Positions 11,579 through 23,500 of a stretch of DNA of 64,000 nt are shown here, piece after piece. The stretch covers positions 10,604,001-10,668,000 of the forward strand of contig CM119372.1 of the NCBI GenBank assembly GCA_051294905.1. The letters are read 5' to 3'. The notes below the pieces were generated by a model. The model was not told where the DNA came from, did not search any database, and saw only the letters and a program-made list of their open reading frames with translations. The first letter of the stretch is position 1. Every line of letters begins with the position of its first letter. The position numbers and the translations under genes were made by a program. The DNA is from Botryllus schlosseri (Eukaryota).

Positions 11579-14500
11579 ATGGAATCTCCCTCAGTTAAGA
11601 AGCTCAAGCAAGGTATTTGTCGGTATATTTATATTGCGTGGCTGTCAGACTGCGGTACAACAAATCGATTCTGATCATTTTTATTTCCATTTTCTAGCTC
11701 AGTTACCACTCCTGCTCAACAAAGGCAGTCCAAGTGCCAAAAAAATTTCAAACGCGGAAAAGGAAAATGCTTCAACTGCAAGGTAATGCAGTGTACTCTT
11801 GAGGCTGCAACTTCAGCACCTTACAGCCAAAAAACCAAAATGAAAAAGCTATCGAAAATTGTCTTTGTAACCAGCTTTCATATGATACCCCACTCGCTTG
11901 AATATATTTATAAGGTTTTGCTCAATTCGCATTCTAAATTGCATAACGCTTGACCGATTTCGGACCATCGATCAAGTTTCGCCTCAATTTAACCTCTAAC
12001 ACTATACCTCATGGCATTCAATACCACATGAGAATATAGATCAATAGACTAGATACTCCGTAAAACCCAGTGCCAAATCTCAACTGTAATCCAACATCTG
12101 TTTACACCTTGAATTTTACATTGATAAACCGGAATGCTGCAGAGCTAAAATGACTAATGAGCAGAAAATCATCAATTTTTCAAAATGATGTAACTTTTGA
12201 CCCCGGGGGTCAATTTTCCTCAAATAAACTTTATTGTGTTCGAAATTAACTCATCTATGCATGTAACAAATTTCAGAAGATTAGGAAATGTGGTAGTTCC
12301 AACTTTTGTTGTCCAGGTTGGGAATGGCCCCAGAGCAGAATTGGTGGCAACGGCACGCGCAGCGTCACGCGAGCATTTATAACTGATCACGCCGATTAAT
12401 GAATTATGCTGACATCACAAAGCGATATCATAGTCCAGATCCAGAATAAGGCGCTTGTGCTTTACAATGAACGCAAGCAAGCGTGGCATTTGCACAACAG
12501 CGAATATATACGGCGTAACCCTAGTCCGGCGTATACCAGATCTATTTGGCACATTGCGTCGTTTAATAAGTACGGTAATTCAGGATCGAATCACAGCGAT
12601 AAATATTTCCGTCATGCAGATGAAATATTCCAATCACGCGAGAAATCCGTCTGTCACGCACAAAAGGTTGTCGAAAACGACCAACGATTCCAGTCTGGCA
12701 GTATCGCAGTCTTGTGGTGTTTCGAATTGATTAAAATTGTTTATAAACCGAATCGAAATGAACTCTAGCTAGTCCAGTTAAGTCATAGAAAAATGTGACT
12801 TTAGTTATGACTCGAGTTATCCCAACACTGTCGAATAGCAGTAAGCCTCACATTGCTTGATTTAGATGAGAAACTGCCCATAGCATATCATGTATGTTGT
12901 TATTGTTTACATGCCAATATTGCACAATACAATATATGTATTTTACAGTGCTGCGTTATCCGAAGACGCTAAGGATCGAAAAGTGAGTAGTTGTAAATTC
13001 AGAATATTATTTCAAAATATATGGGCCTAACAATTAAATGTCTCTATTTTCAGAAGAGGATCAGTCAAGAATGCATGGTCATTGACTTAACTAATTCTGA
13101 TATCGCTGAAAAAGATAAAAATGTATCTGCAGAAAGCTTGGAAACAGGTAAAACTTCATTGGCATGACCATACTGTGATGATTATTGGATACGGTATGCT
13201 TCATATTGGCAATACCCACTACTTCAATATGATATGATAAATAATTTTGTATTGCCGCTGTTTCAACAATTTTAATGCATCTTAAACACGATCTACCTTG
13301 GCATCCTTTCTCACATCATGTTTTGACTAAGCAATTACACAAGTAGTGTTTTTGATATGAAGCACAATAATCTGATAATGGGGTGTATTTGAAATAGACC
13401 TACTAAGCTTTTAAAGTGATGAGAGATTTAATTAGCTGCAATCGCAGACTGTTAGTAAAGAATTTCATACCTGCTGTTATTCGTGCGTTAGTGTATATTG
13501 GTGACACGTGAAGAATAATATTGTTCATTTCTGTAGGCTCCAAAAACCCTAATTGTTGTCTTCTACTCAACACTCAAATTACCCTTATTTTTACTATGAT
13601 AACATGATATGACCATGAATAGCCTACTGATTGTAATAATGGACAAACTGATAAATGTGTCGTTTTACTGAGATCCGTGATGGCTTAACACTGTAGTATT
13701 ACATTTCTGGCACTTACCGTCATACGAATTTTAGATCGTAAAGCATCTAAAAAGCGACGCAAGAGAACCTCTTCTCCTATCACACCGAACTCCAAACGAT
13801 CAGCAGTTTCGGGCCGTGATGCCAACCCATCCACAAAGTCCGTCCCAAAATGTAAGCCAGGGACGTTGCAAAAAACTCCGAAAATCATGGTCACCCCGGC
13901 GACACCAAAATCCGACCTCATCGGATATTTCAAGCCGCTGAAGCAGAAAGCAACCGAGAAAAGCGTCGAACCGAAATCGAAACCCGACGTGCTAACACAA
14001 ATGGAATCAGAACGTGTGAAAGCTGCCAACAAGGAAAAGCACAGGCACGCGCCTCTTGCCAGTATTCTAAGACGGAAAAGGAGCCGGTCCAAGTCGCCTC
14101 CTAAGTTGACAGACGCGAGCGCAGATGAGGGGTGTGTAGGGAAAGTCAAGAAGTCTGATATGGACGAGAAAAAAGGCGATAAAGATACTGAGGTTGGTGT
14201 TGAGCGCGGGGTTGTAACCAAGTCGCAAGGTTCCGAGGCACAAGTCAATCTCAGTTTTGACTCGAGTCAAGTCCGAGTCATGGTGTTTTGACTCGAGTCC
14301 AAGTCATTATGTTCAATTCTCAGTTCAATATGGTTCAACCCACTTTTTCAACTCCGCTCGAGTGATATAAAATGGCTCGCATTCATAATAGGGTGATATG
14401 GTAATTTTCCTCAGTCTTAACAGTTTCTGGTCCTATTTTCCAAGTATTAGGACTGATAGACGAAATGCCAATAATGTGATAACTATTCTTCAAAGTTGCG

Positions 14501-17500
14501 ATGGAATGTCTGTCTTGGCCGCCCTAGTCTGAGTCGAGTGATTTTACGCATTTGAAAAATGACTCAAGTCGAGTCACTAGAACCCTGGTCAAACATACCA
14601 GATACATAGCCTTACTTTTTTGTCAGCATGGCTATATTGGCTATACAGTATACACGCCTCCCAACCTGGGGCCTTTTGCTCATGTTACTGAATGTACGCC
14701 TAAAAATATCAAGTACTGACATAAGGACCTGCCTCATGAAATGTGTTTATCCATGGTTATGTGTTTTGGTGCATTAGAACTGTAACGACAGCATCTCCTT
14801 ATATTCCTATCATGTTTGTATTGCTGTTGTCCCACAGAATGTTCTTTTTCTGGTGGTTCCAAAAGGTGACTTGAGGATTTCTTCATATTTTGCTGGTAAA
14901 GTTTGCTATATTTATAGATGCCTTCATGTTTTAAAAATGATTTACAAACTTTTGGGTGCCTGTATGCTGGATCTGTAAAGAGCATAAAAAAGAGTACGGG
15001 TCTGTTAGTGTCACAGATCGCGCGCACTTGCAAAGTGTTAAACTAATATACTAACTTATTCTTCATAGTACATTCATAATTATCGGTTGGTAAAAGTCAG
15101 TTTTGTTGTCTGTCACCAATTCAAGAACTTCTAAATAAATGAATAAAATTATCCTCTTGCATTCAGTTTTTAAACAGGTCGGTAACGGAAGTCACCGAAG
15201 TAATTGTATGTTTCTGCGTAATTTCGTAGCTTCCTGATGCTAGATTTCGTCATTTATCTCAACAGGAAGAGGTAGCTGTGAATCTTGATGATTCCGACGT
15301 CGGAGATGAAACGGACAAAGATAATAAGGGTTCCATGCCGGAGCCAGCAGCGAAGGACGACACCAAGGTGAATTTCAACTCAACAAATCACTGCTTCGGA
15401 ATATATTTATTGCGTTTTCCAGAGCGGAGTTCCATCCCAATGTCCCGGTGAAGAAGCGCAGCCTGAAAATCCCCAAATTGGCGCCTCTGGTTTGACCCAG
15501 ACTGTTTCTGTCGACGAACCTATCAATTCAAATTCCGAAGCGGAATCCAATGAAGGCAATGATATAGCGGCAGCAAGCGCGAGTGATATCAATATATCAA
15601 ACGCCTCATCGGCGGATGGGGTGGACAATGATGTTTCCGATCATGTTAAAGCCCCGGTAGTGCCCTCCGAACCATGTATCGCAATCGTTTCCGACGATGA
15701 AAAATTAGAAGGGGATGCCGTAGTGGTCATCGATAGCATGGACGACGTGGGTACGTCGCCGAAAATCGCGCTTCGAAAGTCTCCGCGCAGAGTTCGAGCT
15801 GCTAAAAAGCCGGCATCGGTTGAGGATTCGAAGCCAAAGGTGAGTTCGTCGTGAAATTTTGGCTTTGACTCGATTTATGTGACATGTGGTTTAGAGTAAG
15901 AGCCGCAGGAGTCTGGAAGCCGAACGTCGGAAAGAAGAGAAAGAAAGGGAGAGGGAAGAAAAAAGGCAACAAAGAGAACAGCTCAAGACGGAGAAAGAAA
16001 GGGAAAGGATGGAATTGTTGAAGAAAAAGGCAAGTTTCGTTTTGGTTCAGGCGTACCCACGTAAGCTCCTGTATTTGCAATTTCGGTTGGTTTCGGTTTG
16101 ATGATTGACATATTTGTTACAAGTCATGAAAGAGAGATATAATTTTTTGGGTGTTGAAATCATATGCCCTTTATCTCTTGAGAGTTATAATATCAACGAA
16201 AATTACCTTTCTTATCCACGAAGTTATACACGCGCTTGTGAAAACGACATTTTTGTGCAGTTTTGATCGTCTTAAAAATTACAATGCGATAAAAATGCCA
16301 CTGAATCTTTGGTATATATCTGGATCATAATATTTATGGTCTCAGAAAACGTATGTATTTTTCAACAATCCAAATCATTAATACCGTTATGACGGCATTG
16401 CAAGTCTACCCTACTAGTAGCCAAATATTCTATTCGCAAACGAATAACTCAGATCACACAATTTTGCCCTCTAACACACGATTCAATCTTGATTCGTGCT
16501 TTCTAGAGTTATTGTCATAGTCTGTGACTGACATATAACAATATGGCAAGTTGGCGACACAGGGATAACCATCTGGTCGTTGTATTATAGGCATATTTTA
16601 ACCCGATTACTAGGTACTACAAAAGTGAATAAGAATGACCTCTTTTTAAGTCCACCCCCTTTTTAAAATGTGCCCCTTATTATTCTACGGGCTACTTCCC
16701 TTCGGCACGTTTCTACGCACCAATTTCTTTTGACGTCTGCTGGTATCTCTTGTACTGATACATCGGTGTTACAGGAGGAAGAAAAAGCCCGGAAGGAGGA
16801 GGAGAGAAGAAAGAAAAAAGAGGAGGAGGAAGCGGCAAAAGCCGAGAGGTTGAGAATAAAAGAGGAAGAACGGAGGAAGAAAAAAGAGGAAGAAGAAGCC
16901 GCTAAAGCCGAGAAATTGAGAAAACTAGAGTGAGTGTTGAAAGAAAGTTGTACGGGCATTAGCTTAATATCGGTTTTTGCTTTCAACTGTTCAGTGTTTT
17001 TATTTATTTTAATAATGTATTCTGCACCTATATCCAAGAGTTACCAGAGCAATAATATGTCTGTAAGTGGAGGTTTAAAAGTAGACCACTTTGCTGGGTT
17101 ATGACTAGAGCCCGACCGATTATCGGCTCGCCGATAATATCGAGTCGATATCACACTTGGAACGAAATATCGGTATCAGCCAATGGTGGTAAAAAAATAT
17201 CGGCCATTTTCTTGACGTCACAACATGGTGACAGGGAGTCAGAAGACGTGAGTTCTTCAATGCTTGTCGGTAAATTATAAAAATAAATGGCCAAGATGCA
17301 TATAGTGCATACAGGAAAGTAGGCGTGCCACTGTGAAAAATATACTTTCACCGCTATGCCCCACTGACGTAGTGGGAATCCCCCTGCACCCTGCAGTGAT
17401 CGATCACCGAAGACAGAGAGTATAGCTGGCTGGATAGTTATCTGCAGAAGATTTCAATCGATTAGAGAAATGAGTACTTCATCCATGCTGGACTGACCCT

Positions 17501-20500
17501 CGTGATCATAAGAAAAGCGTCGCGTCGAAACATTTTCTGTAGATAGTGCTGGTGGTGTCTGTAAGAAGCTGACAAGCCGAGGCTCGGTACCAACCAACAG
17601 AGTGAAATATACCAGTAATGTATGAAGTCATCTGACTGAGGCCTGAGGGGCCACCATGATAGGAAATATGCGAGCATAGAGTGCAAGAAAATCTAGCAAA
17701 TGTGGAGTAAAGCCAACAATTTATTCAAAAATTTTTGATTCCATGATGACATGGACCGATTCTAACAAAAAAACGTAAAATATTGATCAATTGATTGTTG
17801 AAATGCTGGTCATGGTCAAGACCCAAGGGGATGGGTGGAGCAGTAGCAAACGTGAAAAATTTGAGCTGTTTTACACTGCCAGAAGAATATTAATATTTGG
17901 TGGAACCATTGAAGGAAAGATCCCCTGCAAGGGAGCGGTGGAACCGAAATGAAGAAATATTTTCAATTCTTGCTGTGCCACCAACTATGGTACCAAGTTA
18001 AAGACTGCTCACTGTGTTTAGTACTATATACATCATTTATGAAGACCAGAGAAGTTGAGAAATTGTGCTTCGTGAACTGTAATCTGCAACTACTAGGCTG
18101 GTGCTATTGATATATTTTTATAGCCCCTAGATCAGTGGTTCTCAACCTTTTTGGCCATCACAGACCCTCGCGGACCCCCTTGAATTTTAGTTCAAATTTA
18201 GCTCAATTAAGAGGCAGCCGTCACATGTCCTGTGGAAATATGAACTGTAGGCTTGTGATAAACAGCAATAGAATGTCTTTTCTTTAAAATAAAACCATAC
18301 TATTCATGTAAAAATTGGGGAGACCTTTATTATTTCAAAGGTTATTTTGCAGCTGCATTTTTTGAAGTTCGTGGTCGTGTGTTGAACATCCGCGTCTTCG
18401 ATTTGATATGAACGATGAGTGCCGAAAATCCATTTCCACAAAGATAGATGGAGGCTGATGCAATCTTAACGCTTAAGTTATCATACGTCCTCCTTTTTCA
18501 AGTTTTTGAAAATGTCCTCCAACTCCGAGGACGCCTAAATGTCCTCTTTTTTCCAATGCGTCCTCCTTCACAGCTTTTACATCTAAGATTATGGATATAT
18601 TCGAGTGAAAATGTGCATAAATGACGCTAAAGGTAATTCGTGGTCAGATAGCAACTAACGACTTTTTTTAGTCAACACCACTTATTTCGAGAAAAAGTGT
18701 GTAAATCGGAATTCAAACTAACGTAATGACCTTTTTTTAGTCAACCAATCAAATTTGTCAGCAAATATAACGAAATCGGTTGATTTCAGTTTTCATCGAA
18801 GAATTGATAAAAGTGTCCTTATTTCCCTGTTCCAAAATATGGTAACCCTAATTAACGATTAACGATTCCGACGATACTTTTGGTGTGATCGCAACCAAAT
18901 GATGAAACAGATTTCTAATGAACATATCTCGTACTGCCTAATAGTTTTTATCTAGCATCTCATCTTGAAGTTATTCTGGAATAGTGGATAACTGGATATG
19001 TATATCACGGGATAAAATGGATTTCGTGTCAAGTTATCAATCTCTTCATTTGGATAAATTAGGGAACATATTTCAGAAGTTTTTATTTTAAACGACTGTT
19101 CACTACTTTGATGAGACCGATAACTTCAAATCGAAAAGGTTTTGCAGAAGTGACGCTGATTGACCATACTATATCTCCACATTTTTATTTTTTCTACCAA
19201 CCCCAACAAAACGTCTCTAAACAGCAATATGTTTGTGTTAGTAGGTTATAGGTAATTCGGCAATTAAAATGAATTTGGACTGCAGGATATTTCATGTCAG
19301 ACGATTAGTATGATGATGTGAGTCATGAGGCTTTACCAGTTGTGGTGCGAAACTGCCTCATGTTTTCTAAAATAGAATAAAAAATGAAAAATTAGGTTAT
19401 CAATCATTTTGAAAATTTAGAGGTCTCGCGGACCCCCTGAAATTGCTTCACGGACCCCTAGGGGTCCGCGGACCCCCGGTTGAGAACCACTGCCCTAGAT
19501 CATTTATTTCATGTTCAAGCATAGCAATGGCTGTGAAGTTGTTGAAATAAATACTCTTGAGGTGCTAAATATGGGCCTTGAGCTAGATTCCATATCTTTT
19601 GAATATCGGCTGAATTTATCGGTGAAGGTACTGGATATTGGTTTTATCGGTATCGGCTCAGAAATCCAATATCGGTCAGGCTCTAGTTATGACAATTTGT
19701 AGTTGAAAAAACTGTCACTAGGTTTAGCCAAGTGGGTCGTAAAGAATTTCTAAATGCTAGAGTTTCCTGTTCAATTTGCCAAATATGCCAAACACCTCAT
19801 CTTCTCACTATTAGATGAGCAAATACATGTTCTCTCCTCCAAATTAAATTGCCTTTTTTGCCTGTGATCGCCAAAGCCGTGTTCCCTAGGGTGGAGTGAA
19901 AAATGGAAATTTTTGAATTTCAAAAAAGGGTCTTGATATGTGGTGCCAAATAGTAAACAATTAAATTCTGTCATAATTTTGGGTTCGTACACCGTCTAGT
20001 GGTCGTGCAATTTCACCGAACGAGCCGAAAACAGGTAATTTCGCCATATCTTGATCATCACTTACACTAGACAGTCAGTTTTGGGCTTAAAAGATGCAGA
20101 AGCAACATGTTTCTATCTCACTTCCATAGAACTTACTCTTAAAAATGAACAGAAAAAAAGTTACAAGCAAATTTCTGATTTTATAGGTAAAATTAAGCAC
20201 TGAAGCAGTGGGTAGGATGTCAAAAGCGTGTAGTGATTAATCTTATGACTGAGGAACATACCCTATCAATTAGAACCACTTTTTAAAACTTGCTCAAACA
20301 AATGAAACCCTGTCCAAGCATAAATAGGGCTCGGGCATCGAATAAAGACTGCTAAAACTGTATTTAAAACAGCGTCCATTGGTAGTGCAGCGTCACGATA
20401 TCGGTAAGTTTATAACAACGGCTGAGATTTCTTACCAAAATGCTGTCGTAGGGTTTGTATCATATCTGTCACAAAGCTCCTGAATGAAAGCGCAAAAATT

Positions 20501-23500
20501 GAAAATACACATTCAAAACACAAACATCAATTCTATTCTGGAAACAGAAAATTTTAGTAGCAGTATCATATGAGTGTCAGTGTGCACGAACATTAAAATC
20601 ATGTTTAGTATTGAAAGATTTCATCTGCTTTCAAGACTTCAGTTTTCGTCTGATGAGGCTATCCCTACGTTTAAATCCTGAAACATGGGTAGATGCTTCA
20701 GTAACCACGTTTTAATGTCTTTCCACTGCCTGGTTGTGGCAAGGATGACTGAGCCTTAATGGTGATGATCTTAGGTTTTCCACCTCGACATCTGACAAGG
20801 TCTTGATTACAGGCAGCTGTTCAATATCTTTGTGGTTTCAGTTGACAATTTGGTGGAAAGATTAAGCCTTGATGTTGATAACTGGAATTCGGAAGAAACT
20901 GATGCTTAATGTCGCTGTTTTTAGGTTTGGTGTCATTTATATATATCTTCCTTCAAATTCATAATTGGAATTTGGTATGGTATGGTTGTTCTGCGCATAG
21001 CTGTAATCTTGTTAACTGTAAATCTTCGGACGTTTCCCTCCTCGTCACCAAAGCATTCCCAGCAAAATATTCTCTGGATGTTCAAAATGAGCATTTCTTC
21101 GTAGCAAAGATAGTGCAAGGGAGTGAATTCGGTTATCAGTCAGCTTTGTGACACGGGAAACTATATTGTGGAAATTTTAGCACCATCTACAATGGAATTG
21201 TGCATTTTTATTTCAAACCATAACGGAAAATAGACCTCCATGCAAAATTGAGCAAGACAGTTCAGATTTCTCGATGGACGACTCTGTCCCACATAATACT
21301 TTGAAATTTGAGATGCGAGAGTCAACCATATTGAATGAACGACGGGCCAAGCCTCTAAATATTGCAGATCTGGTTCCAATTTACGACTTTGAAGGAGGAT
21401 ATATAAATGAAACCAAAACCTAAAGCAGCAACATTGACACCAGCATCACATTCTTCCAAATTCCAGTTATCAACATCAAGGCTTAATCTTTCCACCAAAT
21501 TGTCAACTTAAACCTCAAAAATATTGAACAGCCGCCTGCATCGCAATCAAGACCTTGTCTGATCACGAGCTGCTGGGAAACCTATGATCATCACCATTAA
21601 GGCTCAGTTATCCTTGCCACAACCAGGCAGTGGAAAGACATGTGACAGTGGTGACATAAGCATCTGCTCAATGTTTCAAGATTTAAACGTAGAGATGGCC
21701 TCATCAGACAAAAACTGAAGTCTTGAAAGCAGATGAAATCTTTCAATACCAAACATGACTTTATTGTTTGTGCACACTGATACCCATGTGATACTGCTAC
21801 TAAAATTTTCTGTTTCCAGTATAGAATTGATGTTTGTGTTTTGAATGTGTATTTTCAATTTTTGCACTTTCATTCAGGAGCTTTGTGACAAATATGATAC
21901 AAACCTTACGACAGCATTTTGGTAAGAAATCTCATGAGGGGGTTTCATTTGTTTGAGTCAGTTTTGAGAAGTGGTTCTAATTGATAGGGTATGTTGCTCG
22001 GTCATAAGATTAATCACTACACGCTTTTGACATCCTACCCACTGCTTCAGTGCTTAGTTTTACCTATAAAATCAGAAATTTGCTTGTAACGTTTTTTCTG
22101 TTCATTTTTAAGAGTAAGTTCTATGGAAGTGAGATAGAAACATGTTGCTTCTGCATCTTTTAAGCCCAAAACTGACTGTCTAGTGGAAGTGATGATCAAG
22201 ATATGGCGAAATTACCTGTTTTTGGCTCGTTCGGTGAAATTGCACGACCACTAGAGGATGTACGAACCCAAAATTATGATAGAATTTATTTGTTTACTAT
22301 TTGGCACCACATATCAAGACCCATTTTTGAAATTCAAAAATTTTCATTTTTCACTCCACCCTAGTGTTCCCGTGTTCACAATAATTTTAGAGCTAGATTT
22401 TCTTGACAGTATTCTTGATTGAAGCGTGAAATTGGACGGTGTGTCATCGTATGGTTCTCAACCTTTTTGTCTTCGCAAACCCCATTTGGACCGTCACGCA
22501 GCTCCGCGGACCCCCCCCCCAAAGTATTAGTTCGAATTTAGCTAAATTATCGCGCAACTGTAATCTGTCTGGTGCAAATAGTAACGGTAGGCTAGTGAGG
22601 AACAGCAACAAAAAATTTTCTCCTGAATATAACTTCATACTATTTATGTAGAAATTGGGTAAATTTTCATTATTTCAAAGCAGAATTCTGTAGCTGCATT
22701 TCTTGTCTGTTGGATCTGGAGTACGGATGCGTCTTTCAAAATCAAAACAGCATTGTTGTGTAGTGCGAAAAAACTGTTCGTTAAACGTTGGTAAATAGAT
22801 GAATTTAATCTTGCGGCTCGATTTGTGATTTGATTTTGGCTGGCTGCTTTACGCCTTCAAATTATTGACAATTTGCGTTCCATGTATCGAGTATCTCAGT
22901 CGTGTATTCAATTGTAATTTCTTCTTCAAATCTTTAGAGAAAGGAAAAGAGAAAGAGAACGCCTAGAAGCGGAGAAGAAATTGGAAAGAGAGAGGAAGGA
23001 GGAAGAAAAAAGGAAGGAGAAAGAGAAGAAAGAATTAGAGAGACTGCAGGCAGAGAAAGAGAAGCAGCAAGCTGAAGAAGAGAAAGTACTGCACAAGCGC
23101 TTGCTGACTGTGCCAATGACTTTTCCATAGCAATTCTTGTGTTTTAGAGAAAGAAAAACGAAAAGCGTGCGGAAGCTTTCAAAAACTTTTTTCGGAGTCC
23201 AGACAAGGCGGCGTCTGTCAAAAAAGTAATCCTTTTTATGGTGATTGCCATGGCGACAGACTGGCATCGTGTTTTGTGCGTTTTCAGACCCCGGAAAGGA
23301 TCGGTATCTTTGTGCCTTTCCAGCCCAAACAGGACATGTTTTTGGCGCCGATTCATCGCAGAAAACTTTCTCCGAGAAGAAAGACGGCGTTTGAGGATGC
23401 GTTTTCCGGACAGGTCTGTGTTGTTTTCGCTGTCTGTAGAGCAGTGAAGTCTAAAGGAGGGTAGAATCGGGGAACCCTGTACCCCTTTCTAAGCTTGACT

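Larger units (their letters stand above)
17106..19685. mobile_element. hAT-type non-autonomous element (outer of a nested set)
   Basis: TIR TAGAGCCCGACCGAT / ATCGGTCAGGCTCTA; perfect TSD GTTATGAC. Confidence 0.85.

Noticed and set aside
13685..14248. 187-aa minus-strand ORF
   Set aside because: Antisense shadow of a CHAF1A exon; most short ORFs in the track are similar shadows or TE-derived.
23244..23257. X-box-like ATTGCCATGGCGAC
   Set aside because: Lies in a 62-nt CHAF1A intron far from any apparent promoter; likely chance.
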